From contig OZ245033.1 of NCBI GenBank assembly GCA_965224025.1, positions 2,656,001 to 2,720,000 of the forward strand: DNA of 64,000 nucleotides, in the 5' to 3' direction. The DNA is from Candidatus Multivorans sp. (GTDB lineage Bacteria > Acidobacteriota > Thermoanaerobaculia > Multivoradales > Multivoraceae). Every line of letters starts with the position of its first letter. Position 1 is the stretch's first letter. A model generated the notes under the pieces. The model searched no databases, was not told the origin of the DNA, and worked only from the letters and a program-made list of their open reading frames with translations. The position numbers and the translations under genes were made by a program. Below are positions 9,827-19,977 of the stretch, piece after piece.

Positions 9827-10278
9827 GGCTGGCGGTTCCTGTTCGCGTAGCGGCGCGCGGCGGCCTGTTTCTTCAGTTGCGGGATGAAGTCGAAGTAGCG
9901 CGAGAGAGCGTAGCCGGCGCGGGTGGTCGTGGCCCTCGGGTCGCGCGTCACCAGCAGTTTGCCGTCGCGCAGGACGCGGTGGTAGAGCAGGGGCGGCGCC
10001 CGGTTCAGCAGGACGACGTCGATGTCGTTCGTTCCCAGCTCGGTCATGAGGTCGGTGATGAGTTTCGCGTCGTAGCCGTACGGGCCCGGCTCGGCGAGGT
10101 CTTCGTCGATGAACACGGCGACGTCGATGTCGCTCAGGGCGCCCGCGTCTCCGCGCGCCCGCGAACCGAAGAGGTAGGCGTCGAGGATCTCGGGCCGGGG
10201 CTCCAGGGCGCGGGTCAGCCGGGCCTGAAGATCCGTGCCCTCGGTGCTCGTTCTTCCGGATTGCGCCTTGCCCATCAT
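9823..10278 (-). CDS. MntA-like minimal nucleotidyltransferase (type VII TA antitoxin family)
   Basis: AYLFGSRARG, SDIDVAV, IDVVLLNRAPPLLYHRVLRDG. Confidence 0.88.
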   Translation of the reverse strand: MMGKAQSGRTSTEGTDLQARLTRALEPRPEILDAYLFGSRARGDAGALSDIDVAVFIDEDLAEPGPYGYDAKLITDLMTELGTNDIDVVLLNRAPPLLYHRVLRDGKLLVTRDPRATTTRAGYALSRYFDFIPQLKKQAAARRYANRNRQP

Positions 10279-10399
10279 CGGTAGTTGCAGAAAGTGGGTT
10301 TCGCGACTCTGCCTGGACGTATCGTACAGCCGACGCGAAGTGCCAGCCCGCTGAAGCCGGTCGACTGCTAGCGTCCGCTGCTCTGGTCCAACGAGGACG

Positions 10400-11227
10400 T
10401 CAGATCGTCGCCTTCGGCACGGCCAGCCCCGCCACCGGCGCCCGGGTCCGGAAGATCGAGCCGCTGCTCGCCGGATCGTCCGGGTCGCCGGCGGTGACGA
10501 CGTAGAGGTCTCGCCGGTCGCTGCCGCCGAAACAGACGCTAGTGATGTTCTTCGCCGGAACTTCCAGGTGGCTCACGATCCGGCCTTCGGCGTCGAAGCG
10601 GGTGACGCAGCCTCCGGCGAAGCAGGCGACCCAGAGGCAGCCCTCTTCGTCGACGGCGAGGCCGTCGGGGCGGCCCCGATCCGGCGAGGCGAGCGGCCCG
10701 CGGTTGCCGCATTGGCCGTCTTCCATCACGTCGTGGGCGACCACGTGGTTGCGGGCGGTGTCGGCATGGTAGAGCGTCCGGCCGTCCGGCGAGAAGCCGA
10801 TGCCGTTGGTCAGGCTGATGTCGCCGTAGAGTTCGGTCGCATTGCCCTCGGACTCGATTCGCCAGCACTCGCCGGGAGTGCGCTCCTTGGCTCCCGTGAA
10901 CGGGCTCGTGCGCATCGTTCCGCAGATGACCCGGCCCTGGGGGTCGACGAACAGGTCGTTGAAGCCGGGCGTGTCCGGCGGGTCGAAGAGGACGCGCGTG
11001 ACGCCGTCCCGAACGTGGCAGATGTTGCGGCCCGAGCAGACGACGCCGCCGTCGGCATGGAGCGCGATGCCTCCTACGCCGCGACGCTTGGGCACGACCG
11101 TTTCGATCTTGCCGTTCGGGCTGCGCCGGTAGACGCCGCCGTTGTGGACGTCGCTGAAGTAGAGGCGGTCCGCGGAGTCGACGCGGGGTCCTTCGATCAG
11201 TGTGTAGCCGGACGCGAGGAGCTCCAT
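10400..11227 (-). CDS. SMP-30/gluconolactonase/LRE family beta-propeller
   Basis: IEGP, FND..VDPQGR, NGIGFSPDGRTLY, PDGLAVDEEG, TSVCFGG. Confidence 0.92.
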   Translation of the reverse strand: MELLASGYTLIEGPRVDSADRLYFSDVHNGGVYRRSPNGKIETVVPKRRGVGGIALHADGGVVCSGRNICHVRDGVTRVLFDPPDTPGFNDLFVDPQGRVICGTMRTSPFTGAKERTPGECWRIESEGNATELYGDISLTNGIGFSPDGRTLYHADTARNHVVAHDVMEDGQCGNRGPLASPDRGRPDGLAVDEEGCLWVACFAGGCVTRFDAEGRIVSHLEVPAKNITSVCFGGSDRRDLYVVTAGDPDDPASSGSIFRTRAPVAGLAVPKATI

Positions 11228-11249
11228 GGGGCGCGGACTGTAGCAGCGC

Positions 11250-12728
11250 TCATCGCCAGCGAATTCCCAGCCAGGCGGCGGGGTGGAGGAAGATCAGCAC
11301 GGTGACGATCTCGAGCCGGCCGATCCACATGTTGAGCGCCAGGTAGACCTTGATCGGATCGGAGAAGTGGGCGTAGTTGCTGAACGGTCCGACGTTTCCC
11401 AGGCCCGGGCCGATGTTGCCGAGGGTGGCGATGCTGGCGGTCACTGCGGTCGGCATGTCCGTACCGGCCAGTCCGACGACGCCGACGCTCGCGGCGAACA
11501 GCACGAGGTAGAGCAGCAGAAAGGACACGACGGCGTGGATCACGTCGTCGGGCACTCTCCGGCCGTCCAGGCGCAGCGGCCGCACCGCCCGCGGGAAAAT
11601 GGTCTGGAAGAGCTCGAGCAGCGTCGACTTCGCGATCAGCCATACCCGCACCAGCTTGGGGCCTCCGGCCGCGGAGCCGCCGCAGCCGCCGCAGAACATG
11701 AGCAGCAGCAGGATGGTCTGGCTTCCCTGCGCCCACAGCGTAAAATCCTCGGTCGCGAATCCGGTTGTCGTCATGATCGCGAGCGCCTGGAAGCCGGCGC
11801 GCCGCAGCGTGTCCTCCGACAGTGCGTCGGTCGCGATCCACTCCCACAGCGGCACCTCGTCGCTCTTGAGGGTGCAGGCCAGAAGCAGGGTCGCGGCGAC
11901 GACGATCAGGAGGTAGAGCCGGAACTCCTCGCTTCGCAGCAGGGTCAGCGGGCGGCCGCGGATGGCCTGGAACTGGAAGGCGTAGTTCGTTCCGGCGAGG
12001 AGCATGAAGGCGATCACGGTCCACTCGATCAGGCTGCTGCCGTAGCCGCCGATGCTGCTCGGATGAGGCGAGAACCCTCCCGCCGACACGGTGCTCAGGG
12101 AGTTGCAGATGGCGTCGAAGGGCGGCATGCCGAAGCGGATCAGGAGGCCGGTTTCGAGAGCGGTCAGGCCGACGTAGAGCGTGTACAGGTAGAGCGCCGT
12201 GTTGCGGATGCGGGGTGTGAGGCGCTCCTCCGTGGGCCCGGGTGCCTCGGCGAAGAACATCTGGCGGCCGGCGATGCGGAGCGCGGGCAGCACGGCGATG
12301 AAGAGGGCGATGATGCCCATGCTGCCCACCCACTCGCTCAGGCTGCGCCACAGGAAGATGCCTTCACTCACCGCGTCGAAGTCGGTGAGGATCGTGGCGC
12401 CGGTGCCGGTCAGGCCCGACATCGACTCGAAGAGCGCGTTGGCGGGGGCGAAGCCGTTCGCGGAGTAGGGGATGGCGCCGATCAGCACGAGCAGGAGCCA
12501 GGCCACGGCCACGGTCGCCAGCCCTTCCATCCGCCGCATCTCGAGTCCCCGGCCGGGCAGCAGCCGGGAAGCCAGACCCAGAAGGACGGCGAGTCCGGCG
12601 GCGGCGAGGAAGGCCAGGGCGCTGCGCCGATGCCCGTAGGCGGCCTCGACCGCCGACGGCGCCAGCAGGACCGCGCCGAAACAGCCGACCAGCGCCAGGG
12701 TCGTGCGGAGAACGAGCGAGACGCGCAT
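11250..12728 (-). CDS. trkH: TrkH family potassium uptake permease
   Basis: FESMSGLTGTGAT, GSMGII, TTTGF, GGCGGSAAGGPK, GNIGPG, WIGRLE. Confidence 0.93.
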   Translation of the reverse strand: MRVSLVLRTTLALVGCFGAVLLAPSAVEAAYGHRRSALAFLAAAGLAVLLGLASRLLPGRGLEMRRMEGLATVAVAWLLLVLIGAIPYSANGFAPANALFESMSGLTGTGATILTDFDAVSEGIFLWRSLSEWVGSMGIIALFIAVLPALRIAGRQMFFAEAPGPTEERLTPRIRNTALYLYTLYVGLTALETGLLIRFGMPPFDAICNSLSTVSAGGFSPHPSSIGGYGSSLIEWTVIAFMLLAGTNYAFQFQAIRGRPLTLLRSEEFRLYLLIVVAATLLLACTLKSDEVPLWEWIATDALSEDTLRRAGFQALAIMTTTGFATEDFTLWAQGSQTILLLLMFCGGCGGSAAGGPKLVRVWLIAKSTLLELFQTIFPRAVRPLRLDGRRVPDDVIHAVVSFLLLYLVLFAASVGVVGLAGTDMPTAVTASIATLGNIGPGLGNVGPFSNYAHFSDPIKVYLALNMWIGRLEIVTVLIFLHPAAWLGIRWR

Positions 12729-12739
12729 CGCCGGCGGCC

Positions 12740-14092
12740 TCAGTCGGCTTCGGGCGCCAGTCCGAAGGCCGGGCCCACGGTGTCGGCGGCCTCCGCCGTG
12801 GCGACGACCAGCAGACGGTCGCCGGGGCGCACTTCGTCGCCTCCACCGGGCACGATCGTGTTGTATTGCCGCAGCACGGCGCCGACGATGACGCCGGTAG
12901 GCATGTCCATCTCGCGCAGGCGCCGAGCCTCGAAATCCGGCGGAATGGCGACTTCGACCACTTCGGCCCGGCCGTCCTCGAGTGTGGCGCGGTACTCCAG
13001 GCGCGGCGCGTGGATCTGGTGCAGGACCTCGGCGATCGCGGCTGCGCGGGCGTTCAGCGTCACGTCGATGCCGACCCGCTCGAACAGTGCGCTGCTCGTG
13101 TCGTGGCTGACGCCGGTGACGACCTTCGGGATCCCGAGTTGTTTGGCGATCAGGGAGCAGAGCAGGTTCGTCTGATCGTCACCGGCCATGGCGACCAGAG
13201 CGTCGCTGCGCGCGACGCCGACTTCCTCCAGCACCCTCAGGTCCGTGCCGTCGCCGCAGAAGACGATCGCCCTGCCCACCTGTCCGGCGATGTCCTCGCA
13301 ACGACGCCGCGAGACCTCGATGACCCGGACTTCGGGCCAGAGGCCCCGCGTCAGTTCCTGGGCCAGGAGCCTGCCGGTGCGGCCGCCGCCGATGATCGTC
13401 ACGGTGCGCACAACGGTCTCGGGGGCGGCGAAGAATCGCTTCGCGACCTGCCGCAGCGCGGTCCGCCGACCCATGAACAGGACCTTGTCGCCTGCTTCCA
13501 GGCGGTCCTGCCCGCGCGGAACGATCAACTCGCCGTTCCTGACCCGGCTGACGGCCAGGGTGTTCCTGGGCAGGGGCGCGTCGGCCAGGGTCGGTCCGCA
13601 CAGCGGGGAGTCCGCCGGCAGCCGGTACTCCATCAACCAGACCCGGCCGCGGTGGAAGTTCTCCACATCCAGGGCTCGGGGCTCGAGCACGATCCGGGCG
13701 ATCTCCCTGGCCAGCGACCACTGGGGCCAGATCAGGTGGTCGATGACCTCTTCGAGTGTCGTCTGCTCCGGGTCGTTGAAGCTCTCGTGGTGTTCGTCCT
13801 GTGAGATGAAGCAGTAGGTCGTCGCCTTCGACCGGCCGCGGGCCGCGAGGCAGGCGATGATGTTGCGCTCGTCCGAGTCGGCGCAGGCGATGAACGTGTC
13901 CCGGTCTGAGAGACCGACATGCTTCAGCGTGGTGCGGCTGGCCGCCGGGCCGACCGTGATCTGCAGGTCGAGGTTCTCGAACCGGCCGCGGGCCGTCTCG
14001 GTGGGCACGACGACGAAGACATCCTCCTCGCGCGCCAGGGAGGACGCGAGCAGGTAGGCGATGTCCCCGCCTCCGGCGATGACGACTGTCAC
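12740..14092 (-). CDS. trkA: Trk potassium transporter regulatory subunit (two RCK pairs)
   Basis: IAGGGDIA and IIGGGRTG Rossmann motifs, GDGTD, DDQTNLL; adjacent to trkH; start set at GTG 14092. Confidence 0.9.
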   Translation of the reverse strand: MTVVIAGGGDIAYLLASSLAREEDVFVVVPTETARGRFENLDLQITVGPAASRTTLKHVGLSDRDTFIACADSDERNIIACLAARGRSKATTYCFISQDEHHESFNDPEQTTLEEVIDHLIWPQWSLAREIARIVLEPRALDVENFHRGRVWLMEYRLPADSPLCGPTLADAPLPRNTLAVSRVRNGELIVPRGQDRLEAGDKVLFMGRRTALRQVAKRFFAAPETVVRTVTIIGGGRTGRLLAQELTRGLWPEVRVIEVSRRRCEDIAGQVGRAIVFCGDGTDLRVLEEVGVARSDALVAMAGDDQTNLLCSLIAKQLGIPKVVTGVSHDTSSALFERVGIDVTLNARAAAIAEVLHQIHAPRLEYRATLEDGRAEVVEVAIPPDFEARRLREMDMPTGVIVGAVLRQYNTIVPGGGDEVRPGDRLLVVATAEAADTVGPAFGLAPEAD

Positions 14093-14157
14093 GTTCGGGA
14101 CGATACCGGACCGCGCCCGGGCTCGCAGCCAGACAGGATTCCCGGATGTGCGGCCGG

Positions 14158-15585
14158 TTAGAAGATCCGGGAGAAGCCGCCGCTCTCGCTGCTCAGTCTG
14201 GAGTTCACGACGTTGTTGTAGATCGAGCCGAAGGTGTACCGCAGCTCGATGCCGCCGCGAAACGTGAGGTCGGTCTCCAATTGGCGCCTGGCGACCAGAA
14301 CCTCCGCGTCGGAGGCCCCGCCCTTCGGCAGGTAGATCTGATCCCGGATCCGCGAGACGCCGGCGTAGATGTCGAAGCTCAAACCGCGCAGGATGCGGTA
14401 CTCGATGTCGGTGTTGAACTCGATGCGGCTGCGGTCGAAGTCGTCGATGAAGTGGCTGTACTGGAGATCGATGTGCGCTTCGCCCCAGGGCCTCTGCATT
14501 CCAAAGGCGACGAAGGCGCCCTGGTCCGCGAAGGTCTCGCGCAGCTTGTCGTAGACGGTGATTTCTTCGTAGTCGAGTCGCGTGCCGCCGATGAAGTAGG
14601 CGAACGTGAACTCCCTCTCGGACGACTCGCCGTACGGGAAGATGTTGTACTCGACCGCGGCCGCGGCGCGATAGGAGTTGTCCAGGTTCAGGTAGGTCGA
14701 CCGCCGGCTGCTGGCGCCGACGCCAACTCCCCAGTGGGGCGCCAGGGTGCGGATCACCTGGCCGAAGTAGTTCGTGCTGCGCGAGACGTTCTTGTAGGCG
14801 CCTCCGTCCTCGAACTCGAAGTTGTCTTCGCGGTAGGAGTAGAACACGCCCATGCCCGTGCGCCACATGTCGGTGGTGCGGCCGGCGGAAGCGCTGGCCC
14901 GATACGTCTGCGAGTCTCGCCGATCCTCGGTGCGAAAGTCGGTCTCCATGCGGAGCCGGTAGACCCAGTGGTTCCAGGGGTCGTCTTCCGCGTCGGCGAC
15001 GAGGGTGTTCGGCTCCGGATGGAAGTGATCGCGATGCGGCTCGCCCTGTCCTTCGCCGTTCTTGAAGTCGACGATCAGACCCTCGGCCTGAGGCGTTTCC
15101 AGGACGTAGCGCACGAGGCCGAGTTCCAGGACGCGGGCAAAGCCGCGGCGGCGCTCGTCGTCCGTTTCGATGGAGGCGGACGTGAACAGCAGTCTCTGGG
15201 CGATGCTCTCGAACCGCTCCAGACCGATGAAGTTGAGCGTGTACTCGCGGGAATTGCCGCCGTACTGGCTGGTCACGCGGACGTGAACCTCCGCGTCCTG
15301 ACGGTCGCGAACCCAGTTCACGTAGGTGATCTGGCTGCGCAGGAAGTCGAAATCGCAGCCGCCGTCGCAATCGAGAAAGAGGCGGAGCGCCTCCGTCCCT
15401 TCGGTGGTCTCGAACGCTGGCGCCGGCCCCGCCAGGCCGGTGAGACCAAACAACGCGAGGGCCGGGAAGATCGGGCGCCATGGGCGGCGTTGTCGATCTC
15501 GAGTCGGCGCCGGCAACTCTCCGCCCCGGGGGCCCCGAACGTCGCTATGATGCCGGACGGACTCCCGTGAGTCTCTCGGTGTCAT
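14158..15585 (-). CDS. Putative outer-membrane beta-barrel protein
   Basis: Signal-like segment, N-terminal LFLDC..GCDFDFLR domain, alternating amphipathic strands, C-terminal YTFGSIYNNVVN...IF; start uncertain. Confidence 0.65.
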   Translation of the reverse strand: MTPRDSRESVRHHSDVRGPRGGELPAPTRDRQRRPWRPIFPALALFGLTGLAGPAPAFETTEGTEALRLFLDCDGGCDFDFLRSQITYVNWVRDRQDAEVHVRVTSQYGGNSREYTLNFIGLERFESIAQRLLFTSASIETDDERRRGFARVLELGLVRYVLETPQAEGLIVDFKNGEGQGEPHRDHFHPEPNTLVADAEDDPWNHWVYRLRMETDFRTEDRRDSQTYRASASAGRTTDMWRTGMGVFYSYREDNFEFEDGGAYKNVSRSTNYFGQVIRTLAPHWGVGVGASSRRSTYLNLDNSYRAAAAVEYNIFPYGESSEREFTFAYFIGGTRLDYEEITVYDKLRETFADQGAFVAFGMQRPWGEAHIDLQYSHFIDDFDRSRIEFNTDIEYRILRGLSFDIYAGVSRIRDQIYLPKGGASDAEVLVARRQLETDLTFRGGIELRYTFGSIYNNVVNSRLSSESGGFSRIF

Positions 15586-15730
15586 CGGTGGGGTGGTCTT
15601 GGGCGGCTTGCAGTGAATGTGCAAGAGGCGCGGGTGGGCGACGACGGAAAGTACCACAGCCTAGAGAGAGAGTTTCAAGCGTGAACAACCTCCCGCGAGA
15701 CGAGCCCGCGGACCGGCGGGGAGATTCCCG

Positions 15731-16594
15731 GTGAGCGTCTTCGACTCGGTCGAGTCGGGTGCCGTGCCGGTACGCGAAACAGGTCCTGGGAGCGACCTCT
15801 GGCGGCGCGTGAAGGCCCTGATCAAGTGGCCGTTCTACGTGGTGTACCAGCGCCGGCTCGAGTCCAAGGTGCGGACCTGGCGGCTGCCCCAGCACATTGG
15901 GCTGATCATGGACGGCAACCGCCGCTTTGCGCGCCAGCAGGGTTTCGGCAACGTCAGCGCCGGGCATTTCCGGGGCGCCGAGAAGCTGTGGGAGGTTCTC
16001 AACTGGTGCTACGAGGCGCAGGTCTCGACGGTCACCGTGTGGAGCATGTCGCTCGACAACTTCAATCGCTCCGCGAAGGAAGTGCGGGCCCTGTTCGATC
16101 TCTTCGAGGAGAAGACCCGGGAACTCACGAACCATGACGACGTCCACGAGAAAGGCATCCGGGTGCGCTTTCTGGGGCAGATCGATCTGCTGCCGGAGAG
16201 CCTTCAGACCGCGATCCTCGAGGCGGAGGCGGCAACCAGCGGCTACGACCGCTACCGGTTGAACATCGCGATGGCGTACGGCGGCCGGGAGGAGATCGCG
16301 AGCGCCTTCCGCAACTACCTGCTGGACAACTCGGCCGTCGGAAAGTCGCTCGACGAGGTCGCCGACGACTTCAGCGCCTCGTCGATCGAGCGCTACCTCT
16401 ACACATCCGGCCAACCCGAGCCCGACCTGATCCTCCGCACGAGCGGCGAGGTCCGCTTGAGCGGGTTCCTGCTCTGGCAGAGCACCTATTCCGAGTACTA
16501 CTTCTGCGACACGCACTGGCCCGCTCTGCGCAAGATCGACCTTCTGCGCGCGCTGCGCTCCTACAGCGGCCGCCAGCGTCGCAGAGGACGTTGA
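15731..16594 (+). CDS. uppS: cis-prenyltransferase (UppS family)
   Basis: PQHIGLIMDGNRRFA, SLDNFNR, YGGREEI, PDLILRTSGEVRLSGFLLWQ. Confidence 0.93.
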   Translation: MSVFDSVESGAVPVRETGPGSDLWRRVKALIKWPFYVVYQRRLESKVRTWRLPQHIGLIMDGNRRFARQQGFGNVSAGHFRGAEKLWEVLNWCYEAQVSTVTVWSMSLDNFNRSAKEVRALFDLFEEKTRELTNHDDVHEKGIRVRFLGQIDLLPESLQTAILEAEAATSGYDRYRLNIAMAYGGREEIASAFRNYLLDNSAVGKSLDEVADDFSASSIERYLYTSGQPEPDLILRTSGEVRLSGFLLWQSTYSEYYFCDTHWPALRKIDLLRALRSYSGRQRRRGR

Positions 16595-16670
16595 GATTCC
16601 GGGACACAAGACAAACTGGACAGGCGCGGTGGTCGCCCGATCGCTACCTGTGGTCGGAGGTCGTGCCGGC

Positions 16671-16863
16671 TGGGAGTTGCCAAGTGAACAAGACAGCCGA
16701 AGTAGCAGCCTTGTCGAGATCGATGGCTTGGCGCTTGGCTGCGGTTGGAGTGTTTGGGAGTAGCAAGTGAACAAGACAGCCCAGGTAGCAGCCTTGTCGA
16801 GATCGATGGCTTGGCGCTTGGCTGCCGTTGGAGTGTTTGGGAGTAGCAAGTGAACAAGACAGC
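16671..16863 (+). repeat. 83-bp tandem repeat (2 full copies plus a partial third) overlapping the M42 gene start
   Basis: caagtgaacaagacagc recurs at 16681, 16764 and 16847. Confidence 0.95.
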
Positions 16864-17923
16864 GCGGAAATTCCTTGTCGATCTGTTGGCCACGCCGAGC
16901 CCCTCGGGCCACGAGGAGCCGGTGCAGGAAGTCGTTCGCGCCTACGCGGGCAAGTTCGCCGACGACGTTTCGACCGACATTCACGGCAATGTGATTGCGG
17001 CCGTGAACGGCGAGGCCGGCGAGAAGCCGGACGGCCGCCGCGTGCTGTTCGCGGGCCACTGCGATCAGATCGGTCTGCTGGTCAGTTACATCGACGACAA
17101 GGGCTTTCTGTGGGTGCAGCCGATCGGCGGCTGGGATCCGCAGCAGTTGATAGGCCAGCGGATGATCGTGTGGGCCAAGGACGGTCCGGTACCCGCGGTC
17201 ATCGCCCGCAAGCCGATCCACCTGCTGGACACGGAGGAGCGTCGGCGCGCGGTCAAGATGGAGAATCTCTGGCTCGACATCGGCGCGACGGATGGCGACG
17301 ACGCGAAGAGCGTGGTGCGGGTCGGTGATCCGGTGACCCTCGATCTCGGTTTCCGGGAACTGCGCAACGGCTTGGCCAATGCTCCGAAGATGGACAACAC
17401 GACCGGCCTCTGGGTGGTCATCGAGGCGCTGCGGCGGGCAGTGAAGCGGAACCCGAAAGTCGCGGTCTACGCGGTATCGACGGTGTGCGAGGAGATCGGC
17501 CTGCGCGGCGCCCGCACGAGCACCCACGGCGTCGACCCCGACGTCGGCATCGCGGTGGACGTGACCCACGCGACGGACTGTCCGACGATCAGCAAGCGGC
17601 AGGAGGGCGACCTGCGCCTGGGCGGCGGGCCCGTCATCGTGCGCGGGCCCAACATGAACCCGAGGGTCAGCGATCGGCTTGAGGCGATCGCGGAAGAAGA
17701 GGAGATTCCGTTCCAGTTGGCGGCCCTGGGGCGCGCGGCGCCGAACGACGCGAACTCGATCCAGATCACCCGTGCCGGCGTCGCGACCGGACTGATCAGC
17801 GTCCCGAACCGTTATATGCACAGCGCCGTCGAGACGATCTCCCTGGACGACATCGATCACTCCGCCGATCTGTTGGCCGGCTTCGCGGCGTCGCTTACTC
17901 CCGACGAGTCTCTGATCCCGTGA
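16850..17923 (+). CDS. M42 family metallopeptidase
   Basis: SPSGHE, GHCDQIG, MDN, CEEIGLRGA, AVDVTHA, RYMHSAVE. Confidence 0.93.
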   Translation: MNKTARKFLVDLLATPSPSGHEEPVQEVVRAYAGKFADDVSTDIHGNVIAAVNGEAGEKPDGRRVLFAGHCDQIGLLVSYIDDKGFLWVQPIGGWDPQQLIGQRMIVWAKDGPVPAVIARKPIHLLDTEERRRAVKMENLWLDIGATDGDDAKSVVRVGDPVTLDLGFRELRNGLANAPKMDNTTGLWVVIEALRRAVKRNPKVAVYAVSTVCEEIGLRGARTSTHGVDPDVGIAVDVTHATDCPTISKRQEGDLRLGGGPVIVRGPNMNPRVSDRLEAIAEEEEIPFQLAALGRAAPNDANSIQITRAGVATGLISVPNRYMHSAVETISLDDIDHSADLLAGFAASLTPDESLIP

Positions 17924-18006
17924 CCTAGCGGGGGACGCCCCGCTGGCTGCTACTCTCCGCGGCCACAATCACCGTCCAACGAAGCGACAAAAGGGGCTAG
18001 AAGCCA

Positions 18007-18780
18007 ATGCCGATGAAGAACCGTCTGCGCGACAGGATCGACAACGGAGAGGCGGCGCTCGGCGCCTGGTTGGCCTTTCCGGACACGCACAGTGCTGAGC
18101 TGATGTCCCGTCTCGGTTTCGACTGGGCGACGATCGACATGCAGCACGGGCTGGTCGACTACCAGCGCGCGACGGAGATGCTGCAGGCGATGACCGCCTC
18201 CGACACGACGCCGATCGTCCGCGTTCCCTGGAACGAGCCCGGGATCATCGGCAAGATGCTCGACGCCGGCGCTCACGGCATCATCATCCCGATGGTGAAC
18301 AGCCGCGCCGAAGCGGAAGCCGCGGCGGCCGCCTGCCGCTATCCGCCGCGCGGAAAGCGCAGCTTCGGTCCCTTCCGGGCCGGCCTGCTCTACGGCGGGA
18401 ACTACCTGGAGGAAGCGAACGAGCAGATCTACTGCATCCCGATGATCGAGACCCAGCAGGCGCTCGACAACCTCGACGACATCCTGTCCGTGCCGGGCCT
18501 CGACGGCGTTTACGTCGGCCCGAGCGACCTCAGCGTGTCGTTGGGGCTCCGACCGGCGGCGGACCAGAAGGATGAGAAGTTCACCTCCGCGATCGACAAG
18601 ATCCTCGATGGCTGCAACCGGTACGGGCTGTTTGCCGGGGTTGCAGGCACCGTCAAGGAGGCGCCGAAGCGGATCAGGCAGGGGTTCCGGTTCGTGGAGG
18701 TGGCGCGCGACGGCGGGTCGATGGCCAAGGCGGCGCTCCAGGATCTGCGCGCCGTGCGGGCTTCCATGGAAGATTCCTGA
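18007..18780 (+). CDS. HpcH/HpaI aldolase family protein
   Basis: GFDWATIDMQHG, VRVPWN, LDAGAHGIIIPMV, MIET, YVGPSDLS. Confidence 0.92.
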   Translation: MPMKNRLRDRIDNGEAALGAWLAFPDTHSAELMSRLGFDWATIDMQHGLVDYQRATEMLQAMTASDTTPIVRVPWNEPGIIGKMLDAGAHGIIIPMVNSRAEAEAAAAACRYPPRGKRSFGPFRAGLLYGGNYLEEANEQIYCIPMIETQQALDNLDDILSVPGLDGVYVGPSDLSVSLGLRPAADQKDEKFTSAIDKILDGCNRYGLFAGVAGTVKEAPKRIRQGFRFVEVARDGGSMAKAALQDLRAVRASMEDS

Positions 18781-19008
18781 GCCGATTGACTCGGTACCTG
18801 GAACGAATCGGCCCGGAGCGCGTTCTCACTACAGAGGCGGGCCGGCTGTGGCGCGCCCGCACGCTATGTGTCCTGTCTCCGACACCGGCGTTTCGGACCG
18901 GATGCTGCGTAGCTCTTGGCGCTGGGCAACATCATGATGCAAGCCAAGGGGAGACAAGACACTAGAATGCAGAGCAAACGCAGAGGCAAACAGGAGAAGG
19001 ATCGAACC

Positions 19009-19944
19009 ATGTCGCGAATGAAGGTCTGGTTGGTAGTGGGTCTGGCACTGGCTATAGCGGTGCCGGCTGTGGCGCAGGACGGCGAGAAGAAGCAGGTTCG
19101 GAAGATCCAGATCAAGAAGATCGTGGAGTGTGCGGACGGCGAGGACTGCGAGGAGCAGGCGAGCCGGATGGTCTTCGTCGGCGACGACGGCGATGTCCGG
19201 GTTCTTCATGGCGACGATACGGAATGGGTGTCGGAGGACAACGTCCGCATTCTCAAGGCGAACGGTCACGACGTGGTTCTGATCGGAGATGAGCACGCGG
19301 ACGGCGAAGCCGGCGAGTCGGTGCGGCGCCGCGTGCATCGGATGATGAAGCAGCTCGGCGAGCGCGGTTCACGCCTGCACCCGCGGCACGGCGGCGGCGC
19401 GTTTCTCGGCGTACAGCTCTCCGATCTGACGCCGGAGCTCCGCACTCACTTCGGCGTGCCCGAGGACGCGGGCGTCATGGTCGGCAAGCTCGTGGACGGC
19501 AGCCCGGCATTCCGTGCGGGCTTGGAGATCGGCGACGTCGTCACCGCGGTCTACGGTGAACCGGTCGCATCCGCGTCGGCGCTGGCGCGGGCCGTCCGCG
19601 GTCACGAGGACGGCGATACCGTCGTGCTCGAGGTCTGGCGCGATGGCCAGATGCAGAAGATCAGCGCCACTCTGGAGGAGCGGGAGCGGGAGCGGCGCGT
19701 CGAGATGTCCAGCGCCGAGGCTGGGGAACACGAAGCCCGCGTGATCGAGGTCAAGGTCGCCTGCGAGGACGGCGAGGACTGCACGGTCGACGTCGACAAC
19801 CTGCACTCGTTCGACTTCGCGGCTTCCGCCTGCGGCGACTCGGGCGAGTGCGAAGTGAATGTCGACTGCACCGGCGGCGACTGCGCCTGCACCGTGAACG
19901 GGGAAGCGGTCGACTGCTCGGCGTTCCCCGGCCTCGCGCAGTAG
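19009..19944 (+). CDS. Secreted PDZ-domain protein with Cys/acidic repeats
   Basis: Signal peptide; FLGVQL..LTPELR..FGV, GSPAFRAGL..GDVV; no protease domain; Cys-rich C-terminus. Confidence 0.82.
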   Translation: MSRMKVWLVVGLALAIAVPAVAQDGEKKQVRKIQIKKIVECADGEDCEEQASRMVFVGDDGDVRVLHGDDTEWVSEDNVRILKANGHDVVLIGDEHADGEAGESVRRRVHRMMKQLGERGSRLHPRHGGGAFLGVQLSDLTPELRTHFGVPEDAGVMVGKLVDGSPAFRAGLEIGDVVTAVYGEPVASASALARAVRGHEDGDTVVLEVWRDGQMQKISATLEERERERRVEMSSAEAGEHEARVIEVKVACEDGEDCTVDVDNLHSFDFAASACGDSGECEVNVDCTGGDCACTVNGEAVDCSAFPGLAQ

Positions 19945-19977
19945 CGCGGACCCGCATCCGGTCCGGGGCGGTCCGAA

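Noticed and set aside
16671-16863. CRISPR array
   Set aside because: The sequence between the recurring motifs is itself repeated (no unique spacers), and there are no cas genes.
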